64,000 nt of DNA, from assembly GCF_001194135.2 (NCBI RefSeq), contig NC_069000.1, forward strand, positions 6,567,631 to 6,631,630, written 5' to 3'. This DNA comes from Octopus bimaculoides (lineage: Eukaryota). This document shows, in pieces, positions 23,930 to 37,960 of the stretch (within the stretch, counting starts at the first letter, position 1; each line of letters opens with the position of its first letter). The notes beneath the pieces are model-generated. The model saw only the letters and a program-made list of their open reading frames with translations, had not been told where the DNA came from and did not search any database. The translations under genes were made by a program, and so were the position numbers.

Positions 23930-24121
23930 CAATGCTGAGTATACCATAAAGTTTGCAAATCTAATGGAGGCCTCAAAAGACATTTTAAGATACACAAAGA
24001 TCAGAACTTAACTGTAGCTCTCGGTGGTTCAAATTGGATATGCAATTTATGTGGGTGTCTTTTCAATACATTGTCTGGTTTAAAATCCCACATCAGTTAC
24101 CATGATGGATCTAAGGTGTAG
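23930..24121 (+). pseudogene. Two decayed C2H2 fingers of RTE-type ORF2 C-terminus
   Basis: One frame: QC*VYHKVCKSNGGLKRHFKIHKDQNLTVALGGSNWICNLCGCLFNTLSGLKSHISYHDGSKV*; SxxGLxxH pattern, no TGEKP linkers. Confidence 0.65.
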
Positions 24122-24992
24122 GTACAAGAAGTGGTCAGACCCTGCGTAAGAAGTAGACAACCACCAGGTATGTAGATATAAATGAGCTAAGAGAGGTAAC
24201 TCAAAGTGGCCTTCAGCATGATGTATTTGAATAACGTAGATAAATACAACTATATGAAATGCCTTAGAACCAACATTCTTCATTTATTAAAATAATCTCC
24301 ACCTCTAGAGGTTGTATCATAATTACCAAATGAGAAAGAGAGATATTCTAAACCCATGGAATTTGGGGTCTTTTTTCTTCGGCAAATAGCTGTACAAGAT
24401 ATCCATAGGGTCCATCCTTGAATATTAGTTGTGGCTCTCTGGGAGAGCAAAGGTTAATTCCTACACAGCTGCCCAACTTTGAAAACAAAATTCTGATTAT
24501 ATATGTCTCGGTCATAGGTTGAACTGAAGTTTTGAACACCTATTAGTACCATTACAGTATTATTGAGAGGCCTTGTAGGAAGATATGTAGACAATTTATC
24601 TAATTTATCATAATTGTGAGGAAAATATTTCTGGTTACCTTATGATAATATAAAGATACATTAAAGATGACACCTACATACCAAACATCTAGCAAACATA
24701 TGTAAACACAGCCAAGTGAAAGTATTGCACAATAATGTTCATTTATTTTTATGAATATTCACACTGAATAGGATAAATAAAGACTTTAAATAATAATATA
24801 GTTTATTTATATTGTAATAAACTGGTAAATGAAGTGAGATAAAGATAGACTATAAAATTACTAATGTACTTTATATTTCTAAGCTTTGGTGTACAATCTC
24901 CATAAAAACACCTTCAGGTTTTGGAAAAGAAATTGTGTACTGTTATAATTTTCACTATGTTTCATTCTGGTTCTTTTTACAAGCCAGCCAGG

Positions 24993-25061
<69 letters not shown>

Positions 25062-25585
25062 GACACACACACATACACAGGTACCCAATCCCATATAAAC
25101 TGTAGATCTAACAGGAGTGGTTTCAAGTGTAGCATATGTATAAAGAAAAACACAACTGGGGTTTTATAATTCCCAACAGCTGTTTCAGAGCATTTTATTG
25201 ATGCATTGTTAGATTACATCATGGCAAAATATGTATCCAGCAATAAAAAGAAAAAGCTATGTGTTTCTAGCCACAATATCTGAAGTGTTATTAACATTAT
25301 CAAGCAAGGTGGCAGAATCATTAGCACACCAGACAAAATGCTAAGAGGTATTTTGTCCATCTTCACATTTTGAGTACAAATTCCACTGAAGTCGACTCTG
25401 TGTTTTATCCTTTTGGGTTTGATAAAATAAGTACCAGGTGAGCACTAAGGTTGATGTAATCGATTTATCCCCTCTCTTGAAATTGCCGGCCTTGTGCCAA
25501 AATTTGAAACCAATATTACCAAGTGCCAAACCAATGGTAAAATTCTGACCAGTTATATGCCAAAACCTGTAATATTCTGCTGAAT

Positions 25586-25626
<41 letters not shown>

Positions 25627-28600
25627 ATTATTATTATTAATCAAAGGACATACTAAGTATGTCTAGCTATTAGAAATAACAGTCAAAACTCCTATTTAAA
25701 TTGGCAAAATACACTGATGATAACTACCTGCATATATATNNNNNNNNNNNNNNNNNNNNNNNNNNNNNNNNNNNNNNNNNNNNNNNNNNNNNNNNNNNNN
25801 NNNNNNNNNNNNNNNNNNNNNNNNNNNNNNNNNNNNNNNNNNNNNNNNNNNNNNNNNNNNNNNNNNNNNNNNNNNNNNNNNNNNNNNNNNNNNNNNNNNN
25901 NNNNNNNNNNNNNNNNNNNNNNNNNNNNNNNNNNNNNNNNNNNNNNNNNNNNNNNNNNNNNNNNNNNNNNNNNNNNNNNNNNNNNNNNNNNNNNNNNNNN
26001 NNNNNNNNNNNNNNNNNNNNNNNNNNNNNNNNNNNNNNNNNNNNNNNNNNNNNNNNNNNNNNNNNNNNNNNNNNNNNNNNNNNNNNNNNNNNNNNNNNNN
26101 NNNNNNNNNNNNNNNNNNNNNNNNNNNNNNNNNNNNNNNNNNNNNNNNNNNNNNNNNNNNNNNNNNNNNNNNNNNNNNNNNNNNNNNNNNNNNNNNNNNN
26201 NNNNNNNNNNNNNNNNNNNNNNNNNNNNNNNNNNNNNNNNNNNNNNNNNNNNNNNNNNNNNNNNNNNNNNNNNNNNNNNNNNNNNNNNNNNNNATGCAAT
26301 GAGAAAGCAATATCATTTTCCCCACTTTAAGTTTTTCTGTTTCCTATTGAACCATTCCATCTGCACACTATCGCAAGCTCTTTGATTGATCCCCTAACAT
26401 GATTTTCAAATGTGTTGTACAATCAACTTTTTCCAAAGATATTCTACAGCTTTCTCTCTTTCTCTTCTGCTTTTCATCCTTCCTTTTGTTTCTTTGACAC
26501 TATGGCATAAGAGTGGGAATAGCATTTTGGGAATGGTCAGAATGCCTTCCATTTATAGCACTGAATTAACCAGTTATGTACTTATTTATTTTCCTAGATA
26601 CAAATATCAATTCTTTATTTTTCCAATATCCATACAATTAAATATATTTTATCTGTCTATATTCTTTCTTTACACATGCAGCCAATCACATTAGCTTCAG
26701 ATTTGCTTTACCTAAAGAGCACCCATGTTGGTACCACATAAAAAGCAGCCGTGCTGGTGTCACGTTACACTCTATAAAGTGGTTGGTGTTAGGAAGGGCA
26801 TCCAACCATGCCAAAATAGACAATTGGAGCCTGGTGCAGCTTTTTGGCTTGCCAGTTCCTGCTAAACCATCCAACCCATGCCAGTATGGAAAATGGACAC
26901 TAAACAATGATGACCATGGAGTAAAGATTGGTGAATAATTAGAAAACCTGATTTGAATATCAGAGAAATATACCTAGTAGATATAGCAAAAAGGCTAGAC
27001 ATGTGTAAATATTGACAGATGATTAAGGAATTTGTAATTTTTAAGTGATCTCATATGAGATCACTGGTAGGTAATGGGTTAATCCAGTGGCTGGACCAGG
27101 TCAAGACAACTGGAGACAGAGAAAGATGTAGTGGATGACCAAGATATTTTAGTTGCCTCATCTTGTGCACTGCACCCCAAAATGCCTTGCTACCTTCATC
27201 TCTGTTGAACCATGAAGGTTTCTTCTACAGAGTCAATCAGATTCAGTCCTTGCATGCAGAGATAGGCAAGCCCTAATATGCTAATTACCCAAAGCTGAGA
27301 CCTTGACAGGTGTTACTAGTATAGGTCAGAGAAGATCTGGGAACAGTAGTGGTCAAATGGTAGTTCCACTCTCCCCAAAACCCAGGCCATCGCAACACCA
27401 CAACACCATCATGCAGTGACGCCATGATACTGTCACATCACCCTGGTGCTACATAACTACTCTAGCATGTTACAATATTGGTTTCAAATTTTGGCACAAG
27501 GCCAGTAAATTCAAGGGAGAGGGTAAAGTCAATTACATCAACCCCAGTGCTCAACTGGTACTTATTTTATTGACCCCATAAGGATGAAGGGCAAAGTCAA
27601 CACCAGTAGAGTTTGAACTCAGAAGATCAAAGCAGATGAAATGGCATTAAGCATTTTGCTTGGCATGGTAATGGTTGACAGATTGCTACTTACTACCATG
27701 TTATGATATTAACACTTCACAATACCATTATGCCATCAGGGTGTTATGCCATGATATCACCTCGCCACTATACTGCAACATATTTACTACCACAACTGAT
27801 GGTCACATCTGGAATGCCAGTGTAAAATAAACCAGACTCTAGCTTGAGCAGTACCCTCTGAATTTAGTGAGACACTAACGCAATCACATACACACACACA
27901 GTTGTATTTAGTCAACCACAATACAAGACTCACACAGTTGCATTTAGTAAACCACCTTAGAGTAACACTCACTCTGATAGTTGTATTTAGTTGCCACTAC
28001 ATGAGTGAAACTCTCTCTATCTCGCACACACACACACAGATGTATTTAGTAGCCACCATTACTGTGAGACACAGACATAGACATATACATACACATCACT
28101 AGGGGTAAACTTCACTTTGCTGATTCTGGTGAAGAAAGGAACTTATTGTTTTTATTGGTAAGACACCACCAGTATATAGACACCGTTTGTATTCACACAC
28201 ACATACTTAAACAGACAACATATACACACATACCAAGGCAAATAACACACACACACGCACACACATAAACAGTTGCTTTTGAGGTGTGAACTAAAACCTT
28301 TCACGAACAGTTTCTGTTAACCTCTTTCTTGCTCATTGTCTTATTTATTGTAACAATATTGTTTTGAAGGAAATTTTATTTTAACCAGTATTAATTCCTC
28401 ACTTTGGTAGCATCATCATCATCATCATCATCATCATCTGCAACTGCCACCTATTAGAATTTGACTGGCTTTTCCAATAATTCTTTTCCGTTCATCTCCA
28501 TCTTCTGCTGCTCTTATCAAATTATTCCGCCTTCAGTCTTCTTACCACCATGATATCAAACCAGTTTTACTTTACCAATTCTTTCTATTGGCTTTCTTCC

Positions 28601-29832
28601 AAGGGTTTTCAATTCTTGAAGCATCGGAAATTCAGCAATGCTGGGGCACCACCTTGAAGGATTTTAGTCCAACAAATTCGACTCCATTATTTATGTTTTT
28701 TAATGCTCGGTACTTATTTTATTGGACTCTAATTGCCAAACTGCTAAGTTACAGGAATGTAAACAAACTAACACCAGTTGCCAAGCAGTGGTGGTAGTCA
28801 AACGCATACACATGCACAAGTACAGCAAGTCTCTTTCAATTTCCTTATTTCTTTATTGCCCACAAGGGGCTAAACATAGAGGGGACAAACAAGGACAGAC
28901 AAAGAGATTAAGTCGATTACATCGAACCCAGTGCATAACTGGTACTTAATTTATTGACCCCGAAAGGATGAAAGGCAACGTTTGGATTGTTCCATATTTC
29001 AAATGTTCCAAATTTGATATTTTAACCACGACAGATAGACAACTGAATTCTCAAAATGCCAACTTAACCTCAGAAAACTCAAATTCAATTCATTTAGGGC
29101 ATGTGTTTATACAATAACTTATGTGTACTGAAGGAAAATTTAATTGTGGTGGTGGTGGTGGTGNNNNNNNNNNNNNNNNNNNNNNNNNNNNNNNNNNNNN
29201 NNNNNNNNNNNNNNNNNNNNNNNNNNNNNNNNNNNNNNNNNNNNNNNNNNNNNNNNNNNNNNNNNNNNNNNNNNNNNNNNNNNNNNNNNNNNNNNNNNNN
29301 NNNNNNNNNNNNNNNNNNNNNNNNNNNNNNNNNNNNNNNNNNNNNNNNNNNNNNNNNNNNNNNNNNNNNNNNNNNNNNNNNNNNNNNNNNNNNNNNNNNA
29401 TATATAAAACAGGCTTCTTTCAGTTTCCATCTACCAAATCCACTCACAAGGCTTTGGTCAGCCCTAGGCTATAGTAGAAGACACTTGCCCAAGGTGCCAG
29501 CCACGCAGTGGGACTGAACCCAGAACCATGTGGTTGGAAAGTAAGCTTCTTAACATTCTTTTCAAACACCAAACTTGTAAACTCTACCTTCCACCACCAC
29601 CACCACCACCACAATTAAATTTTCCTTCAGTACACATAAGTTATTGTATAAACACATGCCCTAAATGAATTGAATTTGAGTTTTCTGAGGTTAAGTTGGC
29701 ATTTTGAGAATTCAGTTGTCTATCTGTCGTGGTTAAAATATCAAATTTGGAACATTTGAAATATGGAACAATCCAAACGTTTGAATTCCTGCTTTGAACA
29801 GAGGACAATGAGAATGTTTTCAATACAACTTA

Positions 29833-30245
29833 TTGAGGAGGAAACTAGGGATAGAAGAATGGTTAGTGAGAGCTGTGCGAGCCATGTACAGAGATGCTGT
29901 CAGTGTGCGTGAGAAGCTAAGTGAGACCAAAATCCAAGGCCTCTGCCAGGGATGTAGCCAGCCCATTTATGCGTACCTTTCCTCCATTGGACACAAAACT
30001 CTGCTTGCGAAGACCTGTTGAGGCAAGTGAAATCGAAATCGAACTAAATTCAACAACTGGCCCCCATGCCAATGTCTCCTCCATTGGACACTAAACTCTG
30101 CTTGTGAAGACCTGTTGAGGCAAGCGAAAGCGAAATCGTGATGGCACCACTGTTCGAGCGTGATCGTTACCAGCGTTGCCTTCCTGGCACTTGTGCCGCA
30201 GCTTCGTGTTCCTGGCACTTGTGCCGGTGGCACGTGAAAAGTCAT
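29833..30245 (+). mobile_element. Internally deleted RTE LINE: RT piece fused to ORF2 end and 3'UTR, with a ~98-bp internal tandem duplication
   Basis: RKLGIEEWLVRAVRAMYRDAVS joined to GTGCGTGAGAAG..CTAAGTGAGACC; CCTCCATTGGACAC..GACCTGTTGAGGCAAG occurs twice (~29981, ~30079). Confidence 0.8.
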
Positions 30246-30469
30246 TCGAGAAAATACTGGAAAATATTTCCTGTACAATGATAACATCAAAACAGGAAAT
30301 TGGAAAACTTTTGATATTACTTATTCCCCATTACACATGTTTCATTTCCTAATAGGAACTACTACAAAACTATGTTTTCTACTACATGTACAGATGTGAC
30401 TATTATTAGCAAATGAAATGTAATTGTGAATAAATAGTGCCAAGATATTTTCAATCTCCTATTTTCACA

Positions 30470-30521
<52 letters not shown>

Positions 30522-31517
30522 CGCACACACACACATATATATATATACATAAACATATCTATACATACATGTGTAGACATACACATATTTATACACACAC
30601 ACACATACATATATACAGAGATGTATAACAACGATTAGTCACTTACTAAATTCTTCCTAATATAGTCATTGTGAAATGTGAAATGAAATTAAACTGTTCT
30701 ACGCAAGCTGCTGCGACAGTGTATGACATTGTAACAATGGCATTTTAGTTGTTACATAACTAGCATTAATACACACAGACACATAGATCAACTCAGATTC
30801 ACACACACACACACAGACATATATATATATATATATATATACACTAGCAAACACAAGCAGACACTCCTACACAGTGAGACAGATACACACCTACACATAC
30901 AGGTAAAAGTATCGTAGTAACGAAAGAAGAATTTTCTTGAGGAAGCGAGCTTTCATACCTTACCAACAGACATACGCACTAATGCTCGCTCACCATTTGT
31001 GTGTATCACAAATGTGTTTGTGTATGTGTATGTGTGTGTGTGTGTGCATGTGTGTGCGTGTGTATATGTATACATACATATATATGTACATATGTATATA
31101 TAGAGAGACAGACAGACAGACAGAAAGAGAAAAACCAACACACTTATATACATACACTACTTATGCATATACTCACACACAGACATTTTCTTTACACATA
31201 CATATACTCACACTAAAAAATGTGTTTACGTGTATGTTTGTGTGTGATTGTGAATAGAGTATGCAGGTATTTATACACACATTTGTATATACATGTGTGT
31301 ATATATATGAAATATATGTTTGATATATATATGCATATATATATAAATTACATAAATGTATGCTTTATGTATGTATATATATATACATATATATATATAC
31401 ACACATATATTATCATCATCATCATCGTATGAACAAATATACATATAGATACACACTCACATATATATCCAAGTATATATGTGTATGCATCAAATATATC
31501 TAGATGTGTGTATGTAT

Positions 31518-31554
<37 letters not shown>

Positions 31555-32473
31555 GCTACAATATTGACTGAAGTCATGGTGGTTTATCTAGTGTTTGGCA
31601 CTAGTATAACTTTGACAGGCTCTACACACTGTTGAAAGGTCAAACTACATTTTCAAATATCACCACTCTTTCTCTCTCTCTCTCTTTCTCTCTCTCTCTT
31701 TCTCTGATATTATATTTGAAGCACAGTCACTGTGAAAGAGAGTCTTTCACATTGACCAAACACCACACCACCATCAGCCAATCAGAGCTAACCAGCCATG
31801 TGACACATGACCGCAGCTCAAATAAAGTGAGCATATGTATGTGTGTATGTTTGTATGTATGCACATACATAAATAAGTATTATGTATGTATGTATGTATG
31901 TCTTTTTCTTCTATCTATTTGTATTCTTTCTCAAAGGAGGGAGCTGGTTTCTGACAAAGAAACAAAAGCTCCATCATTGGAATCTAGATAAGAACATCAA
32001 TAATTGTTACATACTGAACTTTCAGAAAGTCTCGCATATTTTGACTGTTCCACTTATAGATTGCATCAGTAAAGTTCAACTGGTCTCATTGCTTGAAAAT
32101 CTTAGCTCCCCCACCCCGCCCCAGATTGTGGCTTAGACATTTACAAACATAACTGAGCGCCCCAATAATTACTGGTATGAATGTAAAGTTATAATCAGAG
32201 CATATGCCTGAAGTCCTACATGGTGTATAAAATCACATGTTGTAAATGCAATGATTCCTACATTGACAGTACTTTCAGACAAATGTACATCCAGGTTAAA
32301 GAACACTTCTATGCACTTGCTTTATCTGTCAAAAAATCACTGACAGAAATGCCACACCCAAAACATCCAGGTCTCTTTTGATTTCACAGAATGAAACATC
32401 GGGAACCCTGAGAATAAAAGAAGCCTTCATCATAAGCAGATCAAATCACATATTAACAGAACTGAGCTGCATA

Positions 32474-32706
32474 AAGGCAGCGAGCTGGCAGAAACGTTAG
32501 CACGCCGGGCGAAATGCTTAGCGGTATTTAATCTGCCATTACGTTCTGAGTTCAAATTCCGCTGAGGTTGACTTTACCTTTCATCCTTTCGGGGTCGATA
32601 AATTAAGTACCAGTTACGCACTGGGGTCAACGTAATCAACTTAATCACTTTGTCTGTCCTTGTTTGTCCCCTCTATGTTTAGCCCCTTGGGGGCCATAAA
32701 GATATA
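32474..32706 (+). mobile_element. Young full-length SINE family A with 16-bp TSD
   Basis: AGAACTGAGCTGCATA at 32458-32473 and 32707-32722; CpGs largely intact; alternative tail TTGTCTGTCCTTGTTTGTCCCCTC. Confidence 0.9.
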
Positions 32707-32854
32707 AGAACTGAGCTGCATACAGCTGATTGGCAATGCTGTTCTCTGCATGCAACCCACCTCCATGTACACACACATACAGACTACTGAGCAGAAAAAT
32801 TAGCTTGCAACACCATATTTTCTTGATACATAAATACATGTGTGTGTGTGTATG

Positions 32855-33190
32855 AAGGCACATAGCTCAGTTGTTAGAGTGTCAGGCTCACAATCATGAA
32901 ATAGTGAGTTTGATTCCAGGAGCAGACTGTATGTTGTGTTCTTGAGCCAGACACTTTATTTCACTTTGCTCCAGTTCACTCAGCTGTAGAAATGAGTTGC
33001 AACGTCACAGGTGCCAAGCTCTATCGGCCCCTTTGCCTTTCCCTTGGATAACATCGGTGGCACGGAGAGGAGAGGCTGGTATGTATGGGCAACTGCAGGT
33101 CTTCCACAAACAATCTTGCCTGGACTTGTGCCTCGGAGGGGAACTTTCTAGATGCAATCCCATGCTCATTCATAACCAAAGGGGGTCTTT
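32855..33190 (+). mobile_element. tRNA-headed SINE family G; related copies 40085-40325(+), 54805-55095(-)
   Basis: GGCACATAGCTCAGTTGTTAGAG..GAGTTTGATTCC (A/B boxes), core CTTGAGCCAGACACTTTATTTCAC..CCAGTTCACTCAGCTGTAGAAATG. Confidence 0.8.
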
Positions 33191-36100
33191 ACACACACAC
33201 ACACACACACACACATATACGTGTACATATATCTTTGAAACTTAATATATCAACTGACCAGAAAGTATACTTCAGTGTGTAGTGTGAGGTTCCAACAAGT
33301 GTGTAACACATCATGGTTGATACAGATATATCTATTTATTTAATTATTTATTTATTCATTCACGTTGTTCCAAGCAGAATCCTGTTCCAATCCAACAATC
33401 CATCTCCAATCCCAATACTAAATACTTAAGTTGTTAGGTGATGTTCTGCCTGACAGTGTCAACAAATGTTGAGTGCAGCAATGGCTAAGTGGAAAACACA
33501 CCATATGTAGTAGTAGTAGTCCCTTGAGTTTAAGCGTACTAAGACGAAACAACAACAACATCAACAGACAAGCACTAAAACAAAATTCTTCATATTGACT
33601 TATCCTTGTATATTGAATGAAGTGTGTGTGTGTGGTGCATATATCTGGTTGTCTGCGTGTGTTGTTAATTCAATGAAAGAGGAGGCGAAGGAAGAGAGCG
33701 ATGGTGGGAGGAGAGAAAGAATAATGTAAGGTGACCGATCAATAAATTCTAGTACCTGATGGATCTATACGGATCAGCAACAGTAACATAAAAATGTAAA
33801 TAAAATGACAAACGGGCATATATCTACTTTATATACTAGCATACCCGTGTCGTCAAAAATGTTGACAGTTTTATTAATAAGAGAAGATGGTGCATCAAAA
33901 CGATGGAAGAAACAATTGGTAAATATCAGCAATTGAGTAAATGTATCTACATACATAAAATAGAAGCACTTGAAAAATCGGATACAGTTGTAACATCTTG
34001 GTTGAAAACATTATCATCCACATGATACACATACACACACACACATATATATATATATATATGAATCATCCATTGAACATATATATGAGTCATCCATATG
34101 AACAGATTTTGTTCAGCTGGATGCCCTCTCTGTCACCAACCCTCACCTGTTTCCAAGCAAATTAATATTTCTCTGTGGCCAGACATGTTTTCATGGAAGA
34201 TTGAAAACAAAGGACACCGCTTGCATGTCAGTGACACTCGCTTACAACTATCACACAATGTCAAGGCAAGGAGATAGCAAAACACACACACACATCATAT
34301 ACATGCATACACACACATCTATATAGATATATGTACATAGATATTTATATGTATGTGTGTACATTGATATCTGTGTGTGTGTGTGTATATATATATACAT
34401 ACATACAAACAAATATACATAATGGGCTTCTTTATTAAATCTACTCACAAGGCTTCGGTCGGCCTGGACAATAGTAGAAGACACTTGCCCAAGGTGTATA
34501 TACATGCTTGTGTGTGTGTATGCATGCATGCGTAGATATGTTTGTTTACATTTCTGAGAAAAGTCAATCAAATTGGTGCTGTTGACAACTTCCCATCAGC
34601 AAATTCCTGTTTCGAAGACTTCTGGAATATGTTAACTTTCCTAAGGGCTAAATATGGGAAAACAGACCAAACCCCAAAAGAAAGGTGAACTGAAAAGATA
34701 TAATTTATAAATGAACAATAATATTTTGAAAAGAATAGAGTTTAATATTTAATTTCGTATGTGGCTGTGTGTGCGCGCAAGTGTGAAATCGATAAATTAA
34801 ATATAATTTATGATAAAAATTTGCAGTTTCATATTGATTAAAACATCAGCCATTGCAGAGAAAAACCTTTCAGTACAGTTCACCTACATTTAGCGTTTCT
34901 GACAGTCACTCTCTCCTACTTTGTTCATCATTTTAGTCTCTCTCTACCAACGTAATCAGAGTGTGAAATACACTGCATTTTAATATCTGATACACAAACA
35001 CACACAGACACGTAATGGCAATTTTTGGCGCTTCAGCCCGAGTATGCTTTTTTTAAAATTCAAAACCATGCACGATAAAAGAACGTTGGGTACATATAGC
35101 AAGAATGTACCCTGTTGCATGATGTCTCTCGTGAAAATGATATATAAAGAAATTTGATTCGTGATATGCATTCATTTTCCTGTTTTAAACTAAAATTCTG
35201 CACTTCACATTTTTTTTTTCACAATGGTTTATTGTCAAGAGGAAAAGCAGAAAATATCTTTTCTGCAAAAATAGTTTACTTCAAGGGGTATTCAGTCCCG
35301 TGAGTATTTTGGAAAAACCCTTGCCTGAGAATGGCACAAGAATCTCAGCTTTCCACTATTTTTATCATGTATGTCTTCATTTGAGAAGCATAGTAAAGTA
35401 TGTTAGCTTTTCTCAACTTTCTTAAGGATGTATGCAGTTTTTTTACTCTTTTGAGAGAAAAAAAAAAGATCGCTTAACTGCTGAGGTAGAAATAGGAAAA
35501 ATTAAGACCAAATTTATTAGCATGTAGTAAGAGGGAAAAAAAACTTTGTATCTTTTTCATTTTCTAACAGATATTCAATATGAATTTCAGTGAAACATTT
35601 CCAAGAAAATAATGTTAATTCATACTGTTGACACAAAATGAAGTACAGTAATCCCTCACCATTAAAAAATGGGGGGGGGGGGGAAGCACTAAAATTTCAC
35701 GGGTGCTTAAAGAGAAAAGAAATATCAATGCCATTATTTGCAATGTACTGGGTCGTTATAATCGAATAAACCCCTCTAAAAGATTGCCAGCCTTGTGCCA
35801 AAATTTGAAACTATTATTTGAAATGTCCTTTTAATGGGGAAAATTTCATGCTAAGTCCACAACGATTTCCAAATGTAAAACTTTAGGATAAAAAAAACAA
35901 AAAACAAGACAAATCGATGCTGTTATGATATTAAATATTTCTCAAATACAACAAATGATGTACTTTGTACAAAAGTTTACCGGAGTGCTTAATGTATTTC
36001 AATGTTATATCAAATTATATCAGTTCTCGAACTATATTCAATATAAATAATCGATGGAATACAAGTAAACGATTCATACCTATACAAGTGTGCCTCCCCC

Positions 36101-36319
36101 AACGTCTTTATTTCCTCATAATTTTTAGAAAAATAGATACATTTTTTTCTTCTAAGTCTGGTGATGCAAATATAAATATAAAACTCAAAACGTGAGTGTG
36201 TGTATATATATATATATATATCAATTCCCAAGCGTTATACTAATACATCTGTTTGTTTTCTACACCACCTGTCTTCGTCTTTTGTTTTTTTTGTGAATTC
36301 TCCCGAAATATATATATAT

Positions 36320-36850
36320 ATCATCATCATCGTTTAACGTCCGCTTTCCATGCTAGCATGGGTTGGACGATTTGACTGAGGACTGGTGAACCAGATGGCT
36401 ACACCAGGCTCCAATCTGATTTGGCAGAGTTTCTACAGCTGGATGCCCTTCCTAACGCCAACCACTCCGAGAGTGTAGTGGGTGTTTTTACGTGCCACCG
36501 GCATGAGGGCCAGTCAGGCAGTACTGCCAATGGCTATGCTCAAAATGGTGTATTTTACGTGCCACCTGCGCAGGAGCCAGTCCAGCAGTACTGGCAATGA
36601 ACTCGCTCGAATGTCTTTTCACGTGCCACTAGCACAAGTGCCAGGAAGGCGACGTTGGTAACAATCACGCTCAAAGGGTGCTATTTACGTGCCCCCGGCA
36701 TGGAAACCAGACAGCTGGTGCTCTGGCAACGATCACGCTTGGATGGAACTCTTAGTGATCTACTGGTACAGGTGCCATCACGATTTCGCTTTCGCTTGCC
36801 TCAACAGGTCTTTGCAAGCAGAGTTTAGTGTCCACAGAAGGAATGTTACG
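36320..36850 (-). mobile_element. RTE 3'UTR/tail (family E) with four ~65-bp hairpin modules
   Basis: Starts (CAT)n-CGTTTAACGTCCGCTTTCCATGC; ACGTGCC module cores at 36490, 36557, 36621, 36687. Confidence 0.85.
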
Positions 36851-36877
36851 CGTAAGTGGGCTGGCTATATATGATGA

Positions 36878-36911
<34 letters not shown>

Positions 36912-37291
36912 AATCCACACACAAAGCTTTGGTCGGCCCAAGGTTACTGTAAAAAGCACTTGTCCAAGGTGCCGCGCAGTGGGACTGAACCTGGAACCAT
37001 GTGGTTGGGAAGTAAACTTCTTACCACACAGCTACGTCTCATTGTCCTTTCGCTTTCAATGGGTAGAGTTTGTTTCATTTTGTCCGCCATATTATATTAT
37101 ATGTACAACGTTCGAAAGATCGATATTGCAATCTTTGAGGAAAATATGGCCATTGCTTCTAACTTGTGTGTGTGTGTGATCATCGGTATATAAACAAAAA
37201 CATCACAGAAATTTAAGACGTCATGCATTTTTGTATCCAGCTTGTTTTGACGTCATCAGAAAAAATGTATCTGTTTCATGAAAATCTAATA

Positions 37292-37350
<59 letters not shown>

Positions 37351-37476
37351 ACTCAATGACACAATTACCGTCACACATTGTCAAACACGCCATTTCATTG
37401 TCCAGTGAGTGATAGATGCTTAGACGTAATGCAGATAACTATTTCAACTATGTCCACACACACACAAACATTGTGA

Positions 37477-37537
<61 letters not shown>

Positions 37538-37734
37538 TAATCAATGTTTTATTTGTTTCAGTCTTTGGACTGCAGCCATGATGGGGCACAGCTTTGAAGG
37601 GTATTCCATCGACCCCTTTTTACCAAACCAGAGACATAAAGAAACCAACACCTGACACCTGTTGTCAAGGAGTGGTGGAAGACAAACGGGAAGACACACA
37701 GACATACATAGACATATAAATAAATGTCATCATC

Positions 37735-37782
37735 ATCATCATTTAATGTCTGACTTCCATGCTGGCATGGGTTGGACATATA

Positions 37783-37821
<39 letters not shown>

Positions 37822-37960
37822 CGGGCTTCTTTCAGTTTCCGTCTACCAAATCCACTCACAAGGCTTTGGTTGGCCCGAGGCTATAGTAGAAGACACTTGC
37901 CCAAGATGCCACGCAGTGGGACTGAACCCGGAACCTTGGTAAGCAATTTACTTACCACAT
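37735..37960 (-). mobile_element. Composite SINE: module B + (TA)n + family E tail
   Basis: Minus-strand B body 37818-37960 joined through (TA)n to GTCCAACCCATGCCAGCATGGAAGTCAGACATTAAATGATGATG. Confidence 0.7.

Noticed and set aside
31314-31335. miR-190-like ATATGTTTGATAT
   Set aside because: Embedded in (TA)n low-complexity sequence with no specific precursor.
32855-32930. tRNA gene
   Set aside because: Only A/B-box-like SINE heads; no complete cloverleaf, and each continues into a SINE body.
37252-37262. Minus-strand CTGATGA as a second hammerhead
   Set aside because: No GAAA box after a stem II.
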